DNA from: Candidatus Latescibacterota bacterium
Lineage (GTDB): Bacteria; Latescibacterota; UBA2968; UBA8231
Length of the DNA stretch: 21,490 nucleotides
NCBI GenBank assembly: GCA_965223905.1
Contig: CBDCXV010000007.1
Coordinates: 1-21,490, forward strand
Reading direction: 5' to 3'
Part shown: positions 1 to 8,915 of the stretch, in pieces
Layout of the letters: each line of letters starts with the position of its first letter
Numbering within the stretch: position 1 is the stretch's first letter
Notes under the pieces: model-generated
What the model was told of the DNA's origin: nothing
What the model saw: only the letters and a program-made list of their open reading frames with translations
Database searches by the model: none
Position numbers and translations under genes: made by a program

Positions 1-2
1 GG

Positions 3-1178
3 ATGGACTCGTCGACCGCGGCTCAGTGCCGGGAGATCGAGGCTGGCGTGGGAGGCCGGGAATGGCTCCTGGAGCTGACCGGCAACGCCGCATTCGAGCG
101 CTTCAGCGGCCCCCAGATTCGCAAGTTCTTCCAGACCGACCCCGAAGGCTACAGGGCAACCGCAACGGTCTGCCTGGTCAGCTCGTTCATCGCCAGTCTC
201 CTTGCGGGACGGCTGATCGGAGTCGATCCCGGCGACGGCAGCGGCACCAACCTCATGGAGATCCGAACGCGCAGGTGGAGCCCCGAGGCGATGGCCGCGA
301 CCGCACCCGGGTTGTCTGCCAAGCTCCTGCCAGTCGCCCCCTCCGACCGCCCTGCCGGCGCCATCAGTCCCCGGTTCGCCGGCCGCTACGGCTTCGCTCC
401 CGGATGCCAGGTGCTGCCTTTTTCGGGGGACAACCCCAGCAGTCTGATCGGCCTGGGGCTGGTCGAGCCGGGGCAGGTGGCGCTGAGTCTCGGCACCTCG
501 GACACGCTGTTTGCCTGCATGGGGGAACCGCGGGTTTCCACTTCGGGAGAGGGGGCGGTCTTCGCATCTCCCGACGGGCGCAACTACATGGCCCTCGTCT
601 GTTTCATGAACGGCAGCCTGGCAAGGGAGGCCGTCAGGGACGAGCACGGCCTCGACTGGGAGATGTTCACCGCCGCCCTGCGGCGCACCGGAGCGGGGAA
701 CGGAGGCGCCTTCATGCTTCCCTACTTCGACTCCGAGATCGTTCCCCGCGTCACCGTGCCAGGGGTGGTTCGCAAGGGACTCGACCCCGCCGATGCCGAC
801 GCAAACGTCAGGGCGGTAATCGAGGCGCAGGCCCTATCCTCGCGGATTCACTGCGAGTGGATGAAGGTGCCGGTACGTTCGCTTTCGGTGACCGGAGGGG
901 CATCGGCAAACACCGAAATCCTGCGCATCTTCTCCAACGTGCACGGAGCCCCCGTGCATCGCTTCCGGACGACCAACTCCGCCGCTCTCGGGGCGGCGCT
1001 GCGCGCCGCTCACGGTCACTTCAAGCAGGTGGGGACGGAGCGCAGCTGGCCGGGAACAATCGCTCCGTTTGCAAAACCGGTCCCTGGTTCGACGCTGCTG
1101 CCTGACGCTGCTGCCCGGGCCGTCTACGACGATCTGGTCGAGGAGTACCGCCGCCTGGAGAACCAGTACTCGGGATGA
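3..1178 (+). CDS. xylB: Xylulokinase, eukaryote-type FGGY carbohydrate kinase (5' end outside window)
   Basis: Motifs (W)MDSST..QC, TG..AFERFSGPQIRK, LVSSF, GDNPSSL, SLGTSDTLF, YMALVCFMNGSLARE, TGGAS.N and NSAALGAA match the XYLB/XKS1 xylulokinase subfamily. The ORF is open at the window edge. Confidence 0.85.
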   Translation: MDSSTAAQCREIEAGVGGREWLLELTGNAAFERFSGPQIRKFFQTDPEGYRATATVCLVSSFIASLLAGRLIGVDPGDGSGTNLMEIRTRRWSPEAMAATAPGLSAKLLPVAPSDRPAGAISPRFAGRYGFAPGCQVLPFSGDNPSSLIGLGLVEPGQVALSLGTSDTLFACMGEPRVSTSGEGAVFASPDGRNYMALVCFMNGSLAREAVRDEHGLDWEMFTAALRRTGAGNGGAFMLPYFDSEIVPRVTVPGVVRKGLDPADADANVRAVIEAQALSSRIHCEWMKVPVRSLSVTGGASANTEILRIFSNVHGAPVHRFRTTNSAALGAALRAAHGHFKQVGTERSWPGTIAPFAKPVPGSTLLPDAAARAVYDDLVEEYRRLENQYSG

Positions 1179-1295
1179 CCTATCAACCCCGGCCTGGGGT
1201 GCTTCTTCTAATCCGGATGCCGCTGTAACCTCACCCGGTCTTCGCAGCTGCCCGTCAACCCAAGCACTCTCCAACCGATTCGTCCGGCCCGCTGA

Positions 1296-1820
1296 TCAGC
1301 GGGATCCGATCCGCGCCTGGTAGGCGACGATGGCGGCGGCGACGTGGACGTTCATCGATGGCCCCTTTCCGTACATCGGGACGAAAACCGAGCCGTCGCA
1401 GTCCCCCAGGGTCGCCGGCAGGACTCCCTTAGTTTCGTTGCCGAGGACCAGACAGGTGCGCTCGGCATACGGATAGTCGAGATAGCAACAGGTTTCCCGC
1501 GCCGTCTCGAGAGCCACCAGATGATGCCCCTCCGCCTTGAGTTTCTTCGTCGCCTCGTCGATCCTCGGAATGCGGCGCCAGGGAACGCGGCGGTCGTGTC
1601 CCCTCGAGGTGCGGTCGATCTCTTCGTGAGGTGGGGTGGGGGTTTTTCCCGTGCAGACGATTTCGCTGGCCCCGACCGCGTCGGCGATGCGGAACATCGA
1701 ACCGACGTTGCGGGGGTCATCGAAGTTCTGAAGCAGAAAGGAGATCTCGCACCGGGGTGGGTAGTCGCGAGCGGCCTGCTCGAAGAGCCGGCGGATCTCT
1801 ACCTTGCGGAGAGGCAGCAT
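1296..1820 (-). CDS. SpoU/TrmH-family (SPOUT) RNA methyltransferase
   Basis: SPOUT motifs DPRNVGSMFR, VLGNE..GV and VPMYGKGPSMNVHVAAAI. Confidence 0.9.
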   Translation of the reverse strand: MLPLRKVEIRRLFEQAARDYPPRCEISFLLQNFDDPRNVGSMFRIADAVGASEIVCTGKTPTPPHEEIDRTSRGHDRRVPWRRIPRIDEATKKLKAEGHHLVALETARETCCYLDYPYAERTCLVLGNETKGVLPATLGDCDGSVFVPMYGKGPSMNVHVAAAIVAYQARIGSR

Positions 1821-1851
1821 CGCTTTGCCCGGTTACCGGACCGGTGCGGTC

Positions 1852-2679
1852 TCAGAATTCGATCTGCTTGTACTTGCGGATGTGCTCGACCATGGCGGTT
1901 TCCACCGGCAGCCGCTCCATGCTGGAGGCCCCGTAGAAACCGTTGACGCCGTCGGTGTTGCTGAGGACGTACTCGGCGTCGGCCGGCATCGCGATCGGTC
2001 CGCCGTGGCAGAGGACGATCACCTCGGAATTCACTTCCCGCGCGGCATCGCATATCGCCTGCACCCGCTCTGCCGATTCCTCCAGGCTCAGCGAGGTCTC
2101 GGCCCCGATCGAACCACTGGTGGTCAGTCCCATGTGAGCGACGACGATGTCCGCCCCGGCCGCGGCCATCCGTGCACCCTCGCCGGGGTCGAAGGCGTAC
2201 GGCGTGGTCAGCATCCCCATCTCTGATGCCAGGCGGATCATCTCGACCTCGAGACCGTACCCCATGTTGGTCTCCTCGAGGTTCCGGCGGATCATGCCGT
2301 CGAACAGCCCCACCGTCGGGAAATTCTGCACCCCCGAGAAACCGACCTCCTCGACCTGTTTCAGGAACACCTCCATGCGACGAAACGGATCGGTGCCGCA
2401 GACCCCGGCAAGCACCGGAGTGTCCTCGACGATCGTAAGCACCTCTCCTGCCATATCCATGACGATGGCGTTGGCGTCGCCGTACGGCATCAGGCCGGCT
2501 AGGGAACCGCGGCCTGCCATGCGAAAGCGGCCGGAGTTGTAGATGATGATCAGGTCGACGCCGCCTGCCTCTTCGAACTTGGCGCTGATTCCGGTGCCGG
2601 CTCCCGCACCGAGGATCGGCGTCCCCTGATCGATCAGCTTTCGCAGGCGCGCCAGGACTTTATCTCTCGTGAAAGCCAT
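1852..2679 (-). CDS. PEP-hydrolase-like / TIM-barrel signal transduction (TBST) family protein
   Basis: Family motifs GAGAGTGISAK, DLIIIYNSGRFRMAGRGSLAGLMPYGDAN, GVQNFPTVG, HGGPIA and GFYGASSMERLP. The likely start is MAFTRDK (ATG at 2679) with an AGGAG RBS upstream; the ORF-track extension to 2913 overlaps the cupin. Confidence 0.9.
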   Translation of the reverse strand: MAFTRDKVLARLRKLIDQGTPILGAGAGTGISAKFEEAGGVDLIIIYNSGRFRMAGRGSLAGLMPYGDANAIVMDMAGEVLTIVEDTPVLAGVCGTDPFRRMEVFLKQVEEVGFSGVQNFPTVGLFDGMIRRNLEETNMGYGLEVEMIRLASEMGMLTTPYAFDPGEGARMAAAGADIVVAHMGLTTSGSIGAETSLSLEESAERVQAICDAAREVNSEVIVLCHGGPIAMPADAEYVLSNTDGVNGFYGASSMERLPVETAMVEHIRKYKQIEF

Positions 2680-2684
2680 TGCAT

Positions 2685-3107
2685 TTACTCCTGTCGCAAT
2701 CGCCGCGAGGGTTCCAGTGCCACTCCATCCAGGCGGCGCAGCTCCGCCTCCGGCCCGAAGGGGGCGTAGATGGCAATCATCTCCAAGGTATCCTCGCCGC
2801 TGTTGATGGTCGAGTGGTACAGCGCCGTCGGGATGTGGACCAGGGTTCCGGGGCCGATCTCTTCCTCCACCTTGCCTTCGGGCAGCTCGACCGTCTGCAG
2901 GCCGGTGCCGCAAATCACGTAGAGGATCTCCTCGCTGTACGGATGGTTGTGGCGTTCGTGCCCCTTGCCGGGCTCGAGCCTGACGACGCCGGCACTGAAG
3001 CGTTCGGCAGCGGTGACGTTCGGCTCCGACAGCCAGGATAGCCTGCCCCAGTCGAAGACCTGGGTCTCGACATCGTCAGGCTGGACGAAAGTCAGTTTTC
3101 TGGACAT
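2685..3107 (-). CDS. Cupin domain protein (single cupin, metal-binding)
   Basis: Cupin motif 1 HERHNHPYSEEILYVICG and motif 2 PGTLVHIPTALYHSTIN; GGAGA RBS; 5-bp gap to the TIM-barrel gene. Confidence 0.9.
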   Translation of the reverse strand: MSRKLTFVQPDDVETQVFDWGRLSWLSEPNVTAAERFSAGVVRLEPGKGHERHNHPYSEEILYVICGTGLQTVELPEGKVEEEIGPGTLVHIPTALYHSTINSGEDTLEMIAIYAPFGPEAELRRLDGVALEPSRRLRQE

Positions 3108-3350
3108 GGATTCTCTCCGGACTTCCTGATCCCCGTGGCGGTGTTCCCGAAGTCAACGACCCCTGAAGAGCCGCCGCGGGGTACAGATGTCATGAAAAAT
3201 GGCGGGTTATGATTTCGCCATGTCGGAACCATTGCTGCCGGATTCGGCCGGCCACCTCCCACAAGCTCGGGTAAGGGCATCCTGACGCATCCGGAAAGAG
3301 GTGTAGGATGCAAGAGCCCCTTTCTGCCGTTTCGGCTGCTATACCCTGTA

Positions 3351-4583
3351 TCAATCCCGGTTCCGCGATATCAACTCGAGCATCAGCTCTACGGCGCGAG
3401 CGGAGAATTCGGGGTCGTTGATGTTTGAATCGATCTCGTAAACGGGGATGTCCTCCCTGAGCCCGGACCTGATCGCCTCGAACATGGCGAAATCCGCCTC
3501 CCGATCGCAGAACGGCTGCCCTTCTCCGTCCAGAATCGACACTCCCTTCAATGGCAACAGGAAGGCAACCGGGCCCTGCGCCTGGTTCGCCTTCTCTGCA
3601 AAGGCGGCCCCCATGCGCCGGTTTTCCTCGACATTCGTGCGCAGCAAGGTCACCGATGGGTTCCACTCGTACAGTGTCCGGCCGGCATCCCGGTAGTGTC
3701 GGGGCACCGTCTCGATGCCGTGGAAGTTGGCCATGTCGACACATCCGGGTACGATCAGATGCGGTATGCCGCGGCGGCCCGGGGCCGACAGGCGACCCTC
3801 ACCGGCGTCGAAAAACCCGCCGCATACCGTATCGGCCCATTCGGTTGTCGTGACGTCGAGCACGGCATCGACGAGCCCCTCGTCGACGAGAGCTTCCATC
3901 GTTTTCCCGCCGGTTCCCGTGGCGTGGAAAACCAGAACCTCGTAGCCGTGGTCGGAAAGCGCCTCGACGCACGCTTCGACGCATTCGGTGGTGTTGCCGA
4001 ACATCGACGCGGCGACCACCGGCCTGTCGCGGCCTCCTCCTGTTTCCGGCTCCGCCTCGACCATACCGCAGATCGCTCCCGCGGCGCGCGCATAAATGAT
4101 CCGCGAGACGCGGTTGAGCCCGGCGACGTCTACGACCGACGGCATCAGGGTTACGTCCTTGAGCCCGACGTACGCCGACGTGTCCCCCGAAGCCACGGTC
4201 GAGACGCAGAGCTTGGGGACACCGAGCGGCAGGGCGCGCATTGCCGAGGTGACCACCGTGCTGCCGCCGCTCCCTCCCAACCCGATGACGCCGTCGAAGC
4301 GGCCCTCCGCATGCAGTCTTGCGGCGATGACTCCGGCCCCTGCGGCCATGACCTTCATCGCCGCGCCGCGGTCCTGGCTTGCGCGCAGCTCCACGAGGCT
4401 GCCCCCCCCGGCACGGGCGACCTCGGAGGCCTCGACATCGACGGGGAACAGATCGGTGCTCCCGAGCACGCCGCAGTTCACCGTCAGTACGGAGTGCCCC
4501 CGTCCGGTAATCTCGGAGCGGACGAAATCGTAGTCCGTTCCCTTGGTGTCGAATGCTCCGATCAGCAGGATTGTCTTGCTCAT
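3351..4583 (-). CDS. Tm-1-like ATP-binding domain protein (UPF0261)
   Basis: N-terminal IGAFDTKG, GLGGSGGS, LPLGVPKLCVST, DVAGLN, SMFGNTTECV, VFHATGTGG, PGCVDMANF and HINDP-like NINDPEF; GGAG RBS. Confidence 0.9.
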   Translation of the reverse strand: MSKTILLIGAFDTKGTDYDFVRSEITGRGHSVLTVNCGVLGSTDLFPVDVEASEVARAGGGSLVELRASQDRGAAMKVMAAGAGVIAARLHAEGRFDGVIGLGGSGGSTVVTSAMRALPLGVPKLCVSTVASGDTSAYVGLKDVTLMPSVVDVAGLNRVSRIIYARAAGAICGMVEAEPETGGGRDRPVVAASMFGNTTECVEACVEALSDHGYEVLVFHATGTGGKTMEALVDEGLVDAVLDVTTTEWADTVCGGFFDAGEGRLSAPGRRGIPHLIVPGCVDMANFHGIETVPRHYRDAGRTLYEWNPSVTLLRTNVEENRRMGAAFAEKANQAQGPVAFLLPLKGVSILDGEGQPFCDREADFAMFEAIRSGLREDIPVYEIDSNINDPEFSARAVELMLELISRNRD

Positions 4584-4696
4584 CCGCGTTTCTCCATTAC
4601 CGGCAGGCAGAAGGAATTCGCCGTTCAGCGAAAACAGGCCGAGGGCCGGATGAAGGAGTTCGAGTCGGTGCTGTTCCCGCCTTGCCAGAAGGCAGG

Positions 4697-4725
4697 AGGA
4701 TCGCGGCCTGCATCTCGGCTGTCAA
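4697..4725 (-). promoter_or_regulatory. Possible sigma70 promoter for the Tm-1-like cluster
   Basis: Perfect TTGACA on the minus strand (4720-4725), a 17-bp spacer, then a weak -10 (GATCCT). Confidence 0.3.
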
Positions 4726-4808
4726 GGCGTTTCGGGCCGCTGGATGTTCGAGGCCTCTCCCCGAAACAGGAAGGGTTTCAACCGCGTTCGAGGCGGGAGG
4801 ACGCCATT

Positions 4809-5282
4809 CTACCGAATCAGCTGCAGGATGCCCTTGATCCGGCCCCACGTCGACATCGCGACTGCAGTCGCCTCCGGTTCTGGTGGGTGGCTGTCAGGGT
4901 CACCGGGATTGGTTACGGATTCCGGGTCTCCCGGAGGATTGTCGCCGGAAGTCCAGGTCCCCTCCGAATCTCCGAGCTCTTCGCCATTGGTGAAGCCGTC
5001 TTCGTCGGCGTCGAGCCCGGCGAGCTCGGGGCTCCAGATGACTGAACCGGAAAAGCCGGCCTCCGTGAGGAAGCCCTCCTCGAGCATCTCGCCGAAGGTA
5101 TTGCGGGCGCCCCCGCCGGCCGGGTTCACGTGGCAGTTGGCGCAGCCGTTTTCGCCTCCGTTGGGAATCTCGGCAACCCGACTGCCTCGGGCACCGGCGG
5201 CGACTGCGGTAAAAGCGATCAGGCAGCAGGCGAGCATTCCTGCGGCCCGGGGCAGGTAAAGAATGTGCTCTCGATCAATCAA
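4809..5282 (-). CDS. Secreted temptin-like protein with CxxCH motif and C-terminal TWGxIK motif
   Basis: TTG start with GGAGG RBS; hydrophobic signal peptide ending AAGA; IPNG..CANCH...GGGARNTFG...W..EL...DADEDGFTNGEELGD...W; ends STWGRIK. Confidence 0.75.
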   Translation of the reverse strand: MIDREHILYLPRAAGMLACCLIAFTAVAAGARGSRVAEIPNGGENGCANCHVNPAGGGARNTFGEMLEEGFLTEAGFSGSVIWSPELAGLDADEDGFTNGEELGDSEGTWTSGDNPPGDPESVTNPGDPDSHPPEPEATAVAMSTWGRIKGILQLIR

Positions 5283-5475
5283 TGGAACCTCCTTTGCTGG
5301 GACGCGCTATTGGCAACCGGTCGTCCATACTGCCTGGCACGCAGATACTTTCGGCGGCGGTACCCCCGGGAAATGTCAGACCCAACTCACTTGCCGCATC
5401 CTGGATCCTCGATAAATCCATTCCGAGAAGGTCGGAGCCGGCTGAAGACGTTCGACGAGACCGGGAATCATACTG

Positions 5476-5510
5476 AAAAACCCGCGCGGAATCACTTCCG
5501 CGCCGGTTTC
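5476..5510 (-). terminator. Rho-independent terminator after the autotransporter gene
   Basis: Minus strand GAAACCGGCGCGGAA-GTGA-TTCCGCGCGGGTTTTT: GC stem followed by a T tract. Confidence 0.65.
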
Positions 5511-5627
5511 GATTCGACTGAAAGGCCGGTCAGCTCATGCTGATCTCGTGCTCCGGGTCGGACCCGCGGCCTTCCGCCCGGCTGATGCCGAGGTCCAGCA
5601 TCGCACCATGCATGTCGAAGGCTCGCA

Positions 5628-7298
5628 TCAAAGCCGGAGCTGGAAACCCAGCGCCAGCCGCAGCCGCGTGCGGCCATAATCGTTGCGGTCCATCTCCAGC
5701 GCCGGGGTCATTACACCCCGCGCTGCAGCGAGGCCATAACCGATACCGCCACCAAGCGTCGGAGTTCGAAGCCTGGAAGCGCCAGCTGCCCCGTTCCTCA
5801 GTTGAAGGGCCTGATCCCTCCACAAGGAGCCGCTTCCTTCGGCCCTGCCCCAGCGCGGCGACAGCGACATCGACATCCCGGTGCCTTCCGCGTGCGACCG
5901 CACCCGAATGCGCGCTCCGAAGCCGGTTTCCTTGTAGCCCGAGGCCGAGTGCATGGCCAGCATGCGGCCCCGCGCCTCAATGTCGAGGCGGGCGCTGCGG
6001 TAGCGCGAACCGGCCGCCACCTCGACGCCGGATCCTGCGTCCCCGTCGCCGCCGTCGTAACGGCCGCTCAGCTCGCCGAACGGTTCCAGACCGCCCCCCA
6101 TGCGGCGGGCCAGCTCCACACCCATGCGAGCGCGCTGCACTGACGACACCGGATCATAGGACAGCGAACCGGTGCCGTTGGCGGAAAGCCACTCCTGCGC
6201 AGTATCTCCCAACAGCGTCAATCGAGTCTGCGTGCCCGTCAATGGCTTGCGCATACCCAACGCCAGCAGCCCCATGGTGAGGTCGCCTTCGTCGGTTGTC
6301 CCCTCCAGGTGGGCGCGTTCGTTAGTCACCTCACCAGAGCCTACCCCGAGGATGGACCACAGCTCCAAGCCGGAGGAAAGCGCACCCCGCATGTACGGAT
6401 AGACGCTCGTCAGACTCGTCTTGAAGATACCGCTGCCACTCATGTCGGAATCGGTGAAATCGTACTCCGCCTCACCGCTGCTGCTTGCCACCGAGACCCC
6501 GGTCAGCCAGCGGCTGCCACCCAGCCAGCTCTTTCCGAATTCGCCGTCCAGACCCAGATATACCGAGCGCAGGTCACCCTCGTACTGGTTGGACTCGCCC
6601 CCGCTGAAACTCTGTTGGTCTCCTGCACCCCACAGGCTCCAGCGCATCTTGGATGACCCCTCAGACATGGATTGGTCACTCATTGCACCGGTCCAATCGC
6701 CGCCCTTCCCACTCTCACCGCTGCCGAGCGCCACCGCAAAGGTTCGGCCCCACAGCATGGATGTCGGCTTCCGGTGGGAATCCCCGGGACCGCCAAAGCT
6801 GCCATATTCGCCGGGGCCACCCAGAACCGCGTCCAGATCGAACCACTGAGCCCCGCGGCGAGCCTCGTACCTGGAGGCCTGGGTAGCGCTCATGGGTGAG
6901 GCCGCTCCGGCCTCGAAGCGGCGGCCGATCACCCCGGTCAGACTGCTCAGCCGTGCGCGCGCCAGACCGGCGAGGACGTCATTGAGCACGGCGCGCTCTT
7001 CCGGGGCGGTGCTTACAGTGACGGAAAACCGGATATCCGCCGAACCGCTGGAATTGGTTGCCGTCACCGTCACCACGGCCGAACCTTCACGCTTCGGGGT
7101 CACCTCCGAAGAAGCCCCCTCGGACTGCACCGAGGCAACCTCGCTGTCGCTCGACTCGAACTGGTAGACCAGTTCCTGACCGCTGAACAGTCCGTCCACA
7201 TTGACGCTGACCGCCTTACCGCCGGCGAGCAATTCGAGAGAGGGAAGAAGATCCAGCGCCGTCGGCTTCGCCAGGGTAATCGTCAGCCCGAAGGTCAA
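5628..7298 (-). CDS. Longest surviving ORF of the autotransporter pseudogene (Ig-like domain, linker helix, beta-barrel)
   Basis: 556-aa ORF with amphipathic beta strands. The final strands appear to continue in another frame (MLDLGISRAEGRGSDPEHEISMS, 5530-5640). Confidence 0.7.
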   Translation of the reverse strand: MTFGLTITLAKPTALDLLPSLELLAGGKAVSVNVDGLFSGQELVYQFESSDSEVASVQSEGASSEVTPKREGSAVVTVTATNSSGSADIRFSVTVSTAPEERAVLNDVLAGLARARLSSLTGVIGRRFEAGAASPMSATQASRYEARRGAQWFDLDAVLGGPGEYGSFGGPGDSHRKPTSMLWGRTFAVALGSGESGKGGDWTGAMSDQSMSEGSSKMRWSLWGAGDQQSFSGGESNQYEGDLRSVYLGLDGEFGKSWLGGSRWLTGVSVASSSGEAEYDFTDSDMSGSGIFKTSLTSVYPYMRGALSSGLELWSILGVGSGEVTNERAHLEGTTDEGDLTMGLLALGMRKPLTGTQTRLTLLGDTAQEWLSANGTGSLSYDPVSSVQRARMGVELARRMGGGLEPFGELSGRYDGGDGDAGSGVEVAAGSRYRSARLDIEARGRMLAMHSASGYKETGFGARIRVRSHAEGTGMSMSLSPRWGRAEGSGSLWRDQALQLRNGAAGASRLRTPTLGGGIGYGLAAARGVMTPALEMDRNDYGRTRLRLALGFQLRL

Positions 7299-8915
7299 CG
7301 AACCTGTGTCTCCGTCGGCGTCCGTCGCGGTATAGGTGTATTCCGTGCGCTCCTGGGCAACGGTCGGGGTTCCCGTAATCTTTCGCGAAGGGGATCGAAC
7401 GACAGCCCCACCGGCAACTCAGGCGTCAGCGTGTAAACCAAGGCGCCGTTGCCGCTGGTGGCTTTCGGCAGCACCCAAGCGGCAATCGCGACATCGGTGA
7501 TGTAGTTCCGGTCCTCCACGCTTTCGGTGAACTCCGGAGTCAGGTCCTCCGCAACTGCCAGCGAGAAGGCAACTCCGGCGACGTCCCCGTCCTCGTCAAT
7601 CGCCCGATACACGTAGCGGGTGCGCTCGTGGGGCGTAGTCTGCGTACCAGATATCGTCCGCGACCCCTCGTCCAGCGAAACCCCCGCCGGCAACTCCGGC
7701 GTCAGCGTATACCGCAACGCACCGTTACCGCCCGATGCTTCCGGCAGCACGATCGGCTCGATCTCCGAATTCTGCGTCCAGGTCTGATCCCTCACCTCTC
7801 CAGAGAAGCTCGGCATCAGGTCTTCAATCACCGTCAGCGAGAAGGTCAGCTCAGCCCTGTCGCCATCGTCGTCCGTAGCCGTGTAGGTAAAGGTCGTCTG
7901 ATCCATCGGCACCGTCGGCGTGCCCCGGATCCGCTGGCGCGGACCCTCGAACATCAGACCGTCAGGTAGCTCCGGAGACAGCGTATACACCAGAACGCCG
8001 TTGCCCCCTTCCGCAACCGGAAGCTCCAGCGTCCCGATCGACGAATCCTGCGTAGAGCGTCCGTTCCTGGGCCTCCGTCGGGGTTCCCAAAACCGTCTGG
8101 TCGCCCGCCTGAAAGACCAGTCCCGCCGGAAGTTCCGGAGTAATCGAATAGGTAATGGCCCCGTTACCCCCTTCCGCACCCGGCAAATCAAGCGCCGCGA
8201 TCTCCGAGTCCTGTCCAGGTCTGGTTCTGCACCGCTTCGCCGAAACTCGGCATAAGGTCCTCAATCACCGCCAGTGAGAAAGTCAGTTCCACCTCGTCCC
8301 CGTCGGCGTCAACCGCCCGGTACACATAGACGGTCCGTTCCTGGACCTCCGTGGGCGTGCCCAAAATCGTCTGGTCGCCCGCCCAAAAGGTCAGCCCTGT
8401 CGGAAGCTCAGGAGATATCGAATAGGCATAGGGCCCGTTACCCCCCTCCGCACCCGGCAAATCCAGCACCGCAATCTCCGAGTCCTGGATCCAGGTCTGA
8501 TTCTGCACCTCTTCGGTGAACTCGGGATTTACGTCTTCTTCCACCATCCGGGAGAAAACCAGATCCGCCGCGTCGCCGTTGGCGTCGGTGGCTGTCCATG
8601 TGTACTCGGCTGGGGCATGGGGGCCAGCAGGGATGCCGGAAATCGTCCGAGTGACCGCATCGAATTCCAGCCCTCGAGCAGCTCTCCCTCCAGCGTATAT
8701 TCCAACTCGCGGTTGCCGCCCTCCGCCATCGGCAGCACTAACGGCTCGATCTCCTGTACCTCGATAATAAAGAAGAGGGTGGCCGCATCGCCGTCGGCGT
8801 CGGTAGCAAACAATGCGTACTCGGCTTCGGCTTGGGGGGTCGTCGGTGTACCCGACAGAGTCCTCGTGACTCCCTCAAACACCAAGCCCTCCGGAAGCTC
8901 TGGAGACACTGTATA
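7280..8915 (-). repeat. Tandem ~270-285-bp Ig-domain coding repeats; two neighbouring copies are highly similar at DNA level
   Basis: CCGTTACCCCCYTCCGCACCCGGCAAATC...ATCTCCGAGTCCTG occurs at ~8161-8213 and ~8434-8487. Confidence 0.85.

Noticed and set aside
2680-2913. N-terminal extension of the TIM-barrel ORF
   Set aside because: It overlaps the cupin in another frame, and an RBS plus family homology start at 2679.
3696-5045. Long antisense/alternate-frame ORFs (also 26-1105, 8986-9984, 12301-13170, 15337-16527, 16552-17721)
   Set aside because: These are shadow ORFs expected in high-GC DNA, overlapping well-supported genes and lacking motifs.
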